A stretch of DNA of 64,000 nt. It comes from Candidatus Latescibacterota bacterium (GTDB taxonomy: Bacteria; Latescibacterota; UBA2968; UBA8231). The notes beneath the pieces were generated by a model, which was not told where the DNA came from, searched no databases, and was given only the letters and a program-made list of their open reading frames with translations. The stretch lies in NCBI GenBank assembly GCA_965217585.1, contig OZ244561.1:4768001-4832000 (forward strand), given 5' to 3'. Made by a program: the position numbers and the translations under genes. Below, one piece after another: positions 56,244-64,000 of the stretch (the first letter of the stretch is position 1; each line of letters begins with the position of its first letter).

Positions 56244-57851
56244 ATGGTGCTCGTCTTTTTGTTGCTCGCCGTCGCCAGCGCCCAGGCCGATCCCTTCTTC
56301 GTGGATGCGACGCGAGAAGCCGGCCTAGACTATCCCACCGTCAATGGCGGCCCGCACAAGCGCTTCATCCTCGAATCCACCGGCAGCGGCGCAGCGTTTT
56401 TCGATTACGACGGCGACGGCGATCTCGATCTCTATGTCGTGGATGGCTCGACCTATGCTCACTACTGTGCGGGGCCGGGCAATGTACTCTACCGCAACGA
56501 CGGCGGAGCCTTTGTGGCGGTTGCAGCCGGCGTCGAGGATCGCGGTTGGGGCATGGGGGTGGCTGTGGGCGATTACGACAGCGACGGACAGCGCGATCTC
56601 TATGTGACCAACTACGGGACCAATGCGCTCTATCGCAGTCGTGGCGATGGTGCCTTTGCCGCGGTCACAGCGCAGGCTGGGGTTGCCGGCGATGACTTTA
56701 GCACGAGCGCGGCATTTTTCGACTACGATCAAGACGGCGACCTCGACCTCTACGTTGCCAACTACGTGGTCTTCGACATCGAGCCGGTGCTGCAAGACCC
56801 GGCATTGGAGGATCCCTGCATCTATTTGGGCGGGCTGCGGGTCTTTTGCGGCCCGCAGGGCATGGAAGGCGGGCGGGACCGGCTCTACCGCAACGATGGC
56901 GAGGCTTTTGCCGACGTCACGGCCGCATCCGGCGTGGCCGCGGCCAATTCCTACTACGGCTTGGGCGTGGTGCCCGCAGACTTTGACCTCGACGGCGACC
57001 TGGACCTGTTCGTGGCCAACGACGAGACCCCCAATGTGCTGTTCCGCAACGACGGCGGTCGCTTGGGCGACATCGGCTTGGAGGCCGGCGTGGCGTACAA
57101 CGGCGACGGCGAACCCGAGGCGAGCATGGGGGTGGATGCGGGCGATTGCGACGGCGACGGCGACCTCGACCTCTATGTGACCAACTTCTACGGCGAGACC
57201 AACACGCTCTATTTGAACTCGGGCGGCGGGACCTTTATTGACGCTACGAGTGAGCGCGGCTTGGCCGCTTCGACCGTGGGCTATCTCGGCTGGGGCACGC
57301 GCTTTTTCGACTTTGACTTCGACGGCGACTTGGACCTGTTCGTAGCCAATGGCCACGTCTATCCCCAAGTCGATCACGCTAGCGCCGGGGGCACGTACGC
57401 CCAGCGCAATCAACTTTTCGCCAACGAGGGGACGGGCGTCTTCGCTGCGGTGGAAGGGGCCGGCCCTGGGCTGCTGGTGCAGAAGTCGAGCCGCGCGACC
57501 ATCAGCGGCGACTACGACCAAGACGGCGATGTCGATCTGTTCACAACCAATATCGACGACAGCCCGACGCTCTTGCGCAATGAGACGCGCGCTGGTCGTT
57601 ATCTCGTGGTGCAAATAGAACCGGAAGTCGTCGGCACTTGGGTGCGGCTGGTGGCGGGAGGGCGAACGCAGGTGCGGTCGGTCGGCGGGGCGGCGAGCTA
57701 TTTGGGACACAACGACGCGCGCCTCCACTTTGGCGTGGGCCGGGCCGAGCGCGTGGAGCGCGTAGAGGTGCGGTGGCCCGATGGCGCAGTGACGCAGTTG
57801 GAGGATTTGCCGGTGGATGAGGTGGTGGTGGTGAAGAGCGGGGGCAATTGA
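56244..57851 (+). CDS. CRTAC1-family protein (FG-GAP + ASPIC/UnbV)
   Basis: DYDGDGDLDLY repeats; SYLGHND.RLHFG.G; VRWPDG. Confidence 0.9.
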   Translation: MVLVFLLLAVASAQADPFFVDATREAGLDYPTVNGGPHKRFILESTGSGAAFFDYDGDGDLDLYVVDGSTYAHYCAGPGNVLYRNDGGAFVAVAAGVEDRGWGMGVAVGDYDSDGQRDLYVTNYGTNALYRSRGDGAFAAVTAQAGVAGDDFSTSAAFFDYDQDGDLDLYVANYVVFDIEPVLQDPALEDPCIYLGGLRVFCGPQGMEGGRDRLYRNDGEAFADVTAASGVAAANSYYGLGVVPADFDLDGDLDLFVANDETPNVLFRNDGGRLGDIGLEAGVAYNGDGEPEASMGVDAGDCDGDGDLDLYVTNFYGETNTLYLNSGGGTFIDATSERGLAASTVGYLGWGTRFFDFDFDGDLDLFVANGHVYPQVDHASAGGTYAQRNQLFANEGTGVFAAVEGAGPGLLVQKSSRATISGDYDQDGDVDLFTTNIDDSPTLLRNETRAGRYLVVQIEPEVVGTWVRLVAGGRTQVRSVGGAASYLGHNDARLHFGVGRAERVERVEVRWPDGAVTQLEDLPVDEVVVVKSGGN

Positions 57852-57876
57852 CGGGGCGATTTTTATTCCCTAGTTT
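57848..57876 (+). promoter_or_regulatory. Sigma70-like promoter of the ABC operon
   Basis: TTGACG-17 nt-TAGTTT, 34 bp upstream of the ATG at 57911. Confidence 0.5.
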
Positions 57877-57910
57877 TAATACTTTTCAAAATTCACCTCT
57901 ACATATACTC

Positions 57911-58921
57911 ATGTCTTGGAATTTTGTCGTCAAAAGGGTCGCCCTTTTCCTGATCGTAGTGTGGGCAGCGGCGAGCGTGAACTTCTTTGTGCCGCGGCTA
58001 GGCACGGGCCGCGATCCCATCCGCGAGAAGCTCGGCCAGCTAGCGGCCAGCGGAGGATTGCGCCAAGACGGCATTGAGGCCATGGTAAAGGCCTATCAGG
58101 CCAAGTTCGGCCTCGACAAGCCGCTTCACGTCCAATACCTCAACTTTCTCAGCGACACCTTTACGCTCGACTTGGGCTATTCGCTAGCCAACTATCCGGC
58201 CCGCGTCGGGCAGATCATCGGCAACGCCATCCCCTGGACCATTGGGCTGATGATCGTTTCGGTGCTGATCGGGTTTGCCTTGGGCACGCTCATGGGGGCG
58301 CTGGCGGCTTGGCCGACGGCACCACGCTTTATGCGCAACTTGGCGGTGCCGATGATGACCCTGTCGGCGATTCCGCCCTATCTGCTGGGGCTGATCGTGC
58401 TCTACATATTGGGTCTCAAGCTAAACCTCTTTCCGCTTTCGGGCGGGTACTCGCCTGGTATGTTGGCGATCTTCAACTTCTCCTTTGCCCTCGACGTGTT
58501 GCACCATTCGATTCTGCCGGCAATGGCCATTGTCTTGCAGCAGATCGGCTTCTGGGCGCTGGGGATGCGGGGGATGATGGTCACGACCTCGGGCGAGGAT
58601 TACATCACGCTGGCCGAGGCCAATGGTCTGCGCAACCGCACGATCTTCTTCCGCTTCGGCCTGCGCAACGCCCTGCTGCCGCAACTCACGGCGCTGGGGC
58701 TGTCGCTGGCCAACGTGGTCGCCGGCCAGGTTATCGTCGAGGTAATTTTCGCCTATCCGGGGATCGGCACGGTGCTCTTTCAGGCCATCCAAGCCTCGGA
58801 TTATACGGTCATCAACGGCGTGGTGCTGATTCTCATCATGTCCATCGGTTCGGTGACCCTGCTGATGGATTTCTTCTATCCGCTGCTCGACCCGCGGATT
58901 TCCCACAGCCGCCACCACTAG
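57911..58921 (+). CDS. Peptide/nickel ABC transporter permease (DppB/OppB-like)
   Basis: FGLDKPLHVQY, DLGYS, EDYITLAEANGL (EAA loop), YPLLDPRI. Confidence 0.93.
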   Translation: MSWNFVVKRVALFLIVVWAAASVNFFVPRLGTGRDPIREKLGQLAASGGLRQDGIEAMVKAYQAKFGLDKPLHVQYLNFLSDTFTLDLGYSLANYPARVGQIIGNAIPWTIGLMIVSVLIGFALGTLMGALAAWPTAPRFMRNLAVPMMTLSAIPPYLLGLIVLYILGLKLNLFPLSGGYSPGMLAIFNFSFALDVLHHSILPAMAIVLQQIGFWALGMRGMMVTTSGEDYITLAEANGLRNRTIFFRFGLRNALLPQLTALGLSLANVVAGQVIVEVIFAYPGIGTVLFQAIQASDYTVINGVVLILIMSIGSVTLLMDFFYPLLDPRISHSRHH

Positions 58922-58923
58922 CC

Positions 58924-59781
58924 ATGCACCGCTTCGACCAAATTCTCTACTACTTGCGCGAAAGCCCCATGCTCGCGGCCGGCTTGTGCATGATCCTGTT
59001 GGTGGTGCTCTTCGGGGTCTTGGGGCCGATCTTCGTCGATACCTCGCAGGCCCAGCCGCTGGCCACGCCGCCGCGGCAAGCGCCCTCGCTGGAGTACCCC
59101 TTTGGCACCGACGACTCCGGCCGCAACCTCCTCGCCGTGATGGTGGTGGGGGTGCCGCTGACCATGCGGATTGGTCTGTTGGCCGGCACGGTGGGGCTGG
59201 GGCTAGGCATTTTCCTCGGCTTTACGAGCGGTTATATGGGCGGCAAGATCGACACGGTCATCCGCGGCTTCGTGGATACGCTGCTGACCGTACCCGGCCT
59301 CGTGGTGCTGGTCTCCATCGCCTCGACGATCCGCGAGGAAATCAGCGTCAACATCATGGCCTTGGTGGTGGCTTCGCTGGCGTGGATGTGGCCGACGCGG
59401 ACGATTCGCTCGCAGGTCTTGACCATGCGCGAGCGGGCGTACGTGCAGATGGCCCAGCTCAACGGCATGAGCAATGCCGAGATCATCTGGAAGGAGCTTT
59501 TCCCCAATCTGCTGCCCTACCTCGCGGCCAATTTTACCAATGCCGTCAACTGGGCCATTCTCTCGTCAATCGGCCTAGAGGCCCTCGGCTTGGGGCCGCA
59601 GAACGATCCAACGGTTGGCATGACCATTTATTGGGCCATCACGTTCAGCGCGCTCATCCGCGGCATGTGGTGGTGGTGGGCAATTCCAATCTTCTTTATC
59701 GGCGTGATCTTCGTCGGCCTGTTGCTGACCGCGGCCGGTTTGGATGAGCTGGCCAACCCCAAACAGCGCAAGGCCGTATGA
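58924..59781 (+). CDS. Peptide/nickel ABC transporter permease (DppC/OppC-like)
   Basis: Start MHRFDQ; PFGTDDSGR, ERAYVQMAQLNG, LGLG, WWW. Confidence 0.93.
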   Translation: MHRFDQILYYLRESPMLAAGLCMILLVVLFGVLGPIFVDTSQAQPLATPPRQAPSLEYPFGTDDSGRNLLAVMVVGVPLTMRIGLLAGTVGLGLGIFLGFTSGYMGGKIDTVIRGFVDTLLTVPGLVVLVSIASTIREEISVNIMALVVASLAWMWPTRTIRSQVLTMRERAYVQMAQLNGMSNAEIIWKELFPNLLPYLAANFTNAVNWAILSSIGLEALGLGPQNDPTVGMTIYWAITFSALIRGMWWWWAIPIFFIGVIFVGLLLTAAGLDELANPKQRKAV

Positions 59782-60785
59782 GCAAGGCCGACAAAGAGAT
59801 CCTGCTGGACATTCGCGACTTGGAGGTCCACTTCGAGACCCGGCGCGGCATCGCCCGCGCCGTCAACAAGGTCGATCTAACTCTGTACAAAGGCGAGCGT
59901 TTTGGCCTAGTCGGCGAGTCTGGCAGCGGCAAGACCACGTTGATTTTGGCGCTGTTGCGGATGATTAAGACACCGGGCCTCATCGCCGGTGGTAGCGCGA
60001 CCTTAGACGACGGTACCGATCTGACCCGACTCGACCGCGAGCAAGTGCGGCAGGCCCGGCTCAAGCGGGTCGCGATGGTGCCGCAGGGCGCGATGAACTC
60101 GCTCAATCCGGTGATGCGGATCGGGGAGCAACTGATGCTGACGATGCGCGAGCACGCGACTGATTTGCCCCCGGTGCCCAAGGCCGAGCAGTTGGAGCGC
60201 GTGATCGAGCTGTTGGCCAAGGTCGGGCTGAAGCCGGAAGTGGCCCGCCTCTACCCTCACGAATTGAGCGGCGGCATGAAGCAGCGGGCCTGCATTGCCC
60301 AAGCCATCTCGCTCAATCCACAGCTCATCTTGGCCGACGAGCCGACCTCCGCCCTCGACGTGGTGGTGCAGCGGCAAATCATGCAGACTTTGCGCCAGCT
60401 ACAGCACCAGCTCAATGCCACCGTGCTCTTGGTGGGCCACGACATGGGCCTGATGGCGCAGTTTGCCGAGCGCGTGGGCATCATGTACGGCGGCAAATTG
60501 GTCGAGGTGGGCCGGGTCGAGGATATTTTTCACAATCCGCAACACCCCTATACCCAGCTTTTGATTGCCAGCATTCCCTCTTTTGAGGTCAAGGGCGAGT
60601 TCAAGGGCATTCCCGGGGTCGCGCTGTCGTTGTTGGACCCGCCGTCGGGCTGTCTCTTCCACCCGCGCTGCCCCCAGGCCATGGCCCAGTGCAGCCAGCG
60701 CACACCCACCCTGCAAACGGTCGCCCCGGACCACTTAGCGTCGTGTTTGTTGCACGAGGAGGTCGCAGATGCCCCCGCTTCTTGA
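59778..60785 (+). CDS. Peptide ABC transporter ATP-binding protein (DppD/OppD-like)
   Basis: GESGSGKT, LSGGMKQR, DEPTSALD, HPYT, GCLFHPRC. Confidence 0.95.
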   Translation: MSKADKEILLDIRDLEVHFETRRGIARAVNKVDLTLYKGERFGLVGESGSGKTTLILALLRMIKTPGLIAGGSATLDDGTDLTRLDREQVRQARLKRVAMVPQGAMNSLNPVMRIGEQLMLTMREHATDLPPVPKAEQLERVIELLAKVGLKPEVARLYPHELSGGMKQRACIAQAISLNPQLILADEPTSALDVVVQRQIMQTLRQLQHQLNATVLLVGHDMGLMAQFAERVGIMYGGKLVEVGRVEDIFHNPQHPYTQLLIASIPSFEVKGEFKGIPGVALSLLDPPSGCLFHPRCPQAMAQCSQRTPTLQTVAPDHLASCLLHEEVADAPAS

Positions 60786-61824
60786 GGCGCGCCACCTGCG
60801 CAAGGTCTTTCGCAGCGGCGGCCAGCGCTTCGGCGCGAGCACTGAGACCATAGCCGTCAGCGACTTTTCCCTGTCGATTGACGCGGATAGACCCTCCTTT
60901 ACCACGATTGCCGGCGAGTCGGGCAGTGGCAAGACCACGATCGCCCGCATGTTGCTCGGGGTACTCACCCCCAGCGCCGGCGAGGTGCTCTACCAAGGCC
61001 GCAATGTACACGACCTGCAAAAGGAGGAGCGGCAGCAATTCCGCAAAGACGTACAGGCGATCTTTCAAGATCCCTTTGAAGTGTACAATCCCTTCTACAA
61101 GATCGATCACATCCTGACGACGCCGGTGCGGAAGTTCGGGTTGGCCGCGTCTAAGGCCGATGCCTACGACAAGATACGCGAGGCTCTGCGCACGGTCGGG
61201 TTGCGGCCCGAGGAAACGTTGGGTCGCTATCCCCATCAGCTTTCGGGCGGGCAGCGCCAGCGCATCACCATTGCGCGCGCGCTGTTGCTCAAGCCCAAGC
61301 TGATCATCGCCGACGAGCCGGTGTCCATGGTGGACGCCTCGCTCCGCGCGACCATTCTCTCCACCCTGCACGCGCTGTATCGAGACTTCGGCATTTCCTT
61401 CATCTACATCACCCACGATCTGACGACCGCGTACCAAGTCAGCGAGAACATCGTCATCCTGTTCCACGGGGCCGTGGCCGAGGCTGGCCACACCGAGAAG
61501 GTGATCAAGGACCCGCAGCACCCCTATACGCGCGAGCTAATTCACTCGATTCCAGTGCCCGAGCCGGGGCGCGAGTGGATCGACGAAGCGGTAGAAGAAA
61601 AGGAAGTGGTTGATATAGAGGCTATAGAGGCCGAAGAGGCGGCTGCCGGCTGCCGCTACGTGCTGCGCTGCCCCCAAGCCATGGCCCAGTGTGCGGTCGC
61701 GCCGCCGTTTTACCGGCCGGAGGCCGAGCGGGCGGTGGCTTGTTTTCTGCACGCTGAGTCGCCGGTGTTGGAAAGCGGCGATCTAAACGAAGTGTTCTCG
61801 GCTGCAGCCGCCGCGCAAAAATAA
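60769..61824 (+). CDS. Peptide ABC transporter ATP-binding protein (DppF/OppF-like)
   Basis: GESGSGKT, LSGGQRQR, DEPVSMVD, HPYT. Confidence 0.95.
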   Translation: MPPLLEARHLRKVFRSGGQRFGASTETIAVSDFSLSIDADRPSFTTIAGESGSGKTTIARMLLGVLTPSAGEVLYQGRNVHDLQKEERQQFRKDVQAIFQDPFEVYNPFYKIDHILTTPVRKFGLAASKADAYDKIREALRTVGLRPEETLGRYPHQLSGGQRQRITIARALLLKPKLIIADEPVSMVDASLRATILSTLHALYRDFGISFIYITHDLTTAYQVSENIVILFHGAVAEAGHTEKVIKDPQHPYTRELIHSIPVPEPGREWIDEAVEEKEVVDIEAIEAEEAAAGCRYVLRCPQAMAQCAVAPPFYRPEAERAVACFLHAESPVLESGDLNEVFSAAAAAQK

Positions 61825-61841
61825 TTTTCCGGAGGAATATC

Positions 61842-63572
61842 ATGCAGGGCCTGTTGTTGTGCTTGGTGGGTGTGTTGTTGGTCGGCTGTGGGGACGGAGG
61901 GCACAAGAACGTGCCACGGGGCCGGACCTTGATCATGGATTGTTCCAGCTTGCAGGACTGTAGCGGGCAGATCAAGGACTACAACTCGTTTAACCCGTTT
62001 TTGCTGACCGGCGTCTCCAAGACGGGTTGGAACTTCCAGTACGAGCCGCTGTATTTCTATAACGCCTACAGCCAGCAAGCCGATAACGTCATCCCTTGGA
62101 TTGCCACCGGGCACGAGTACAACGAAGACTACTCCGAGGTCACCATCCACATTCGCGAGGGGGTCGAGTGGAGCGATGGACAGCCGTGGACCGCGGCCGA
62201 CTTGGTCTTTACGATCAACATGCTCAAGGACAACGCGCCGCATCTGTCTTTTTCCACCGACATGCAGGTTTGGGTAAAGAGCGCGGTGGCCACCGACGCC
62301 CACACAGCCAAAATCGCGCTCACCAAGCCCAATCCGCGCTTTGTCTTCAGCTACTTCACCAACAACTTCGACAACGGTATCCCCATTGTACCCAAGCACA
62401 TTTGGGAAGGCCAAGATCCGCAGACATTCAACAACTTCGACCAAGAGAAAGGCTGGCCCGTGGCCAGCGGCCCGTACGAGATCTTCATTTCCGTGCCTGC
62501 GCAGCGGGTGTGGGATTTGCGCCCGGGCTGGTGGGCACAGAAGACGGGCTTTCGCCAGCCGCCGGCGGTGGAGCGCATCATCTACCTGACGCACATGGAG
62601 GAGACCAAGCGGGTGCAGAACTTGATCTCCAACGATATGGACACCTGCCTCGACATCCGGCCGCCGAACATGCAGTCGATCCTCGACGCCAATCCCAACG
62701 TCTCTACTTGGACCGGACGCGACCTACCGCTCGGGTATCTCGACTGGTGGCCGGTATGCTTGGGGTTCAACAACTTGGAGCCGCCGTTTGACGACCCGGA
62801 GATCCGCCGCGCTATCAACTACGCTATCGACCGCGACCAATTAGTGGCCATTGGCTGGCAGGGGGCCGGGACCAAATCGCATCTGCCGCTGCCGGACTTC
62901 CCGCCCATCCGCCAATACACCGATACGATTCAAGACTTGGTGGAAAAGTACGAGATCGGCGTCCACGACCCGGTCAAGGCCGCGGCGATTATGCAGCGCA
63001 AGGGGTGGAGCAAGGACGCCGAGGGCTTCTGGACCAAAGAGGGCGAGCGGCTCAAGATCGTCATCGACATTTTCGATATTTTTACGGACTTAGCGCCGGT
63101 CTTGGTGGCGCAGTTGGAGCGGGCGGGTTTCGACGCCGACTTCCGCATGACGCCCGATGCGTTTTCGCGGATGGCACAGGGCACGGCGCGGGCCTTCTTG
63201 ATGGGCAACGGCGCGAGCGTGCGCGATCCGTACTTCACCTTGCGGCTCTACCACAGCCGCTTCGTCCAACCCACCGGCACGCACTCCGAGCGGTTCTGGC
63301 GCTGGTCGAACCCGGAGTTTGACGCGCTGGTCGATCAGATGGGGCAGACTGCGCCCGACGACCCGGCGCTGAAAACGCTCTTTCGCGAGGCCATGGAAAT
63401 CTGGCTGGCCGAGCTGCCCTCCATCCCCATTGTACAGTGGTATCACCGCATCCCGCACAACCAGACCTACTGGAAAAACTGGCCGGCGGCGGAAAATCCC
63501 TATATCAACAGCGCCTACTGGCACAATACTTGGCTTTTGGTGTTGCTCGGGCTGGAGCCGGTGGAGGGGTAG
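61842..63572 (+). CDS. Family 5 ABC substrate-binding lipoprotein
   Basis: Lipobox LVGC; YEPL, REGVEWSDG.P.TA.D..FT, FDDPEIRRAINYAIDR, ELPSIP. Confidence 0.95.
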   Translation: MQGLLLCLVGVLLVGCGDGGHKNVPRGRTLIMDCSSLQDCSGQIKDYNSFNPFLLTGVSKTGWNFQYEPLYFYNAYSQQADNVIPWIATGHEYNEDYSEVTIHIREGVEWSDGQPWTAADLVFTINMLKDNAPHLSFSTDMQVWVKSAVATDAHTAKIALTKPNPRFVFSYFTNNFDNGIPIVPKHIWEGQDPQTFNNFDQEKGWPVASGPYEIFISVPAQRVWDLRPGWWAQKTGFRQPPAVERIIYLTHMEETKRVQNLISNDMDTCLDIRPPNMQSILDANPNVSTWTGRDLPLGYLDWWPVCLGFNNLEPPFDDPEIRRAINYAIDRDQLVAIGWQGAGTKSHLPLPDFPPIRQYTDTIQDLVEKYEIGVHDPVKAAAIMQRKGWSKDAEGFWTKEGERLKIVIDIFDIFTDLAPVLVAQLERAGFDADFRMTPDAFSRMAQGTARAFLMGNGASVRDPYFTLRLYHSRFVQPTGTHSERFWRWSNPEFDALVDQMGQTAPDDPALKTLFREAMEIWLAELPSIPIVQWYHRIPHNQTYWKNWPAAENPYINSAYWHNTWLLVLLGLEPVEG

Positions 63573-63684
63573 GGTGTGTGGGGTTTGTGTCTCTTTTCTC
63601 GTATATTCCCTTTGTCGTGGGCCTAGCTTGAAGGTCATGCAGAAGAGCTCCTTCCAATCACGAGCAGTTTGAGGGCAAGAAACC

Positions 63685-64000
63685 ATGCGACAGCGTCAGA
63701 GCTACAAAAACCCGCCTATAGAGACGGATGAGCGAGATCTTTTCGATATACGGCCAAGCGAAGAAAAGGATGGCTTAGAGGCGGCAGCGGCTCAAAAAGC
63801 TCTTGTCGAAGATCGAGAGCGAGAACGACTCGCAAATAGGCTGTGGACGGCCTTTGCAGCCGATCCTCTCGAGGACGGAATGTCCCATCCAGCCGAGGAG
63901 ATCATTGGAGAAGCATTGCGATCCACGGAGGACAACCCCGTCCTCGATTGGTTTCGGACTTTTTCCTTGGACGCTGAGCGACCGAGTTTTGCGGCATCAG
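63685..64000 (+). CDS. Hypothetical protein, 5-prime part (runs off the window)
   Basis: Open frame from ATG 63685 (MRQRQSYKNPPIETDE...F.ADPLEDGMSHPAEEII) to the window end. Confidence 0.55.
   Translation, partial: MRQRQSYKNPPIETDERDLFDIRPSEEKDGLEAAAAQKALVEDRERERLANRLWTAFAADPLEDGMSHPAEEIIGEALRSTEDNPVLDWFRTFSLDAERPSFAAS

Noticed and set aside
56325-57728. Long antisense ORFs (467 aa here; also 3762-4826, 60601-61521, 61710-62594, 32890-33693)
   Set aside because: Shadow ORFs opposite well-supported GC-rich genes, with no recognisable motifs.
1-64000. tRNA or rRNA genes
   Set aside because: No intergenic region shows tRNA arms or rRNA signatures by eye.

Overview
GC-rich bacterial DNA. Signal-peptide proteins ending in FlgD-Ig (T9SS-CTD-like) domains or a WGxIK tail, plus many CRTAC1/ASPIC-UnbV, TPR and PpiC genes, suggest a Latescibacterota-like FCB lineage; this taxonomy is inference only. 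Five blocks: (1) 1-15.2 kb, a minus-strand cluster of four paralogous secreted discoidin-like/FlgD-Ig proteins, a CBM9-like protein, a probable outer-membrane protein, a SurA/PpiC-like lipoprotein and another lipoprotein. (2) 15.4-32.5 kb, FGE-domain, di-haem peroxidase, CRTAC1/TPR/PpiC modules and a low-GC PD-(D/E)XK + RelE islet whose nuclease appears to carry an antitoxin-like tail. (3) 32.5-35.2 kb, a eukaryote-like alkyl-DHAP synthase and a DHRS7B-like SDR (candidate ether-lipid pair). (4) 35.2-53.3 kb, an integrase-free defence island built on SNF2-DUF3883 / DUF1156 methyltransferase / DUF499 ATPase (Gao_RL / BREX-related type) with about ten cargo genes between the core genes. (5) 53.3-64 kb, HAD, FGE, CRTAC1 and a peptide/nickel-family ABC transporter. 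Most striking: the cargo modules are delimited by copies of the methyltransferase gene ends (a 25-bp start sequence present three times, each overlapping an upstream stop codon; an internally deleted N-terminal relic; a 136-bp 3-prime duplicate), which looks like a cassette-stacking hotspot anchored on the methyltransferase. All family assignments come from motif recognition, not database searches.
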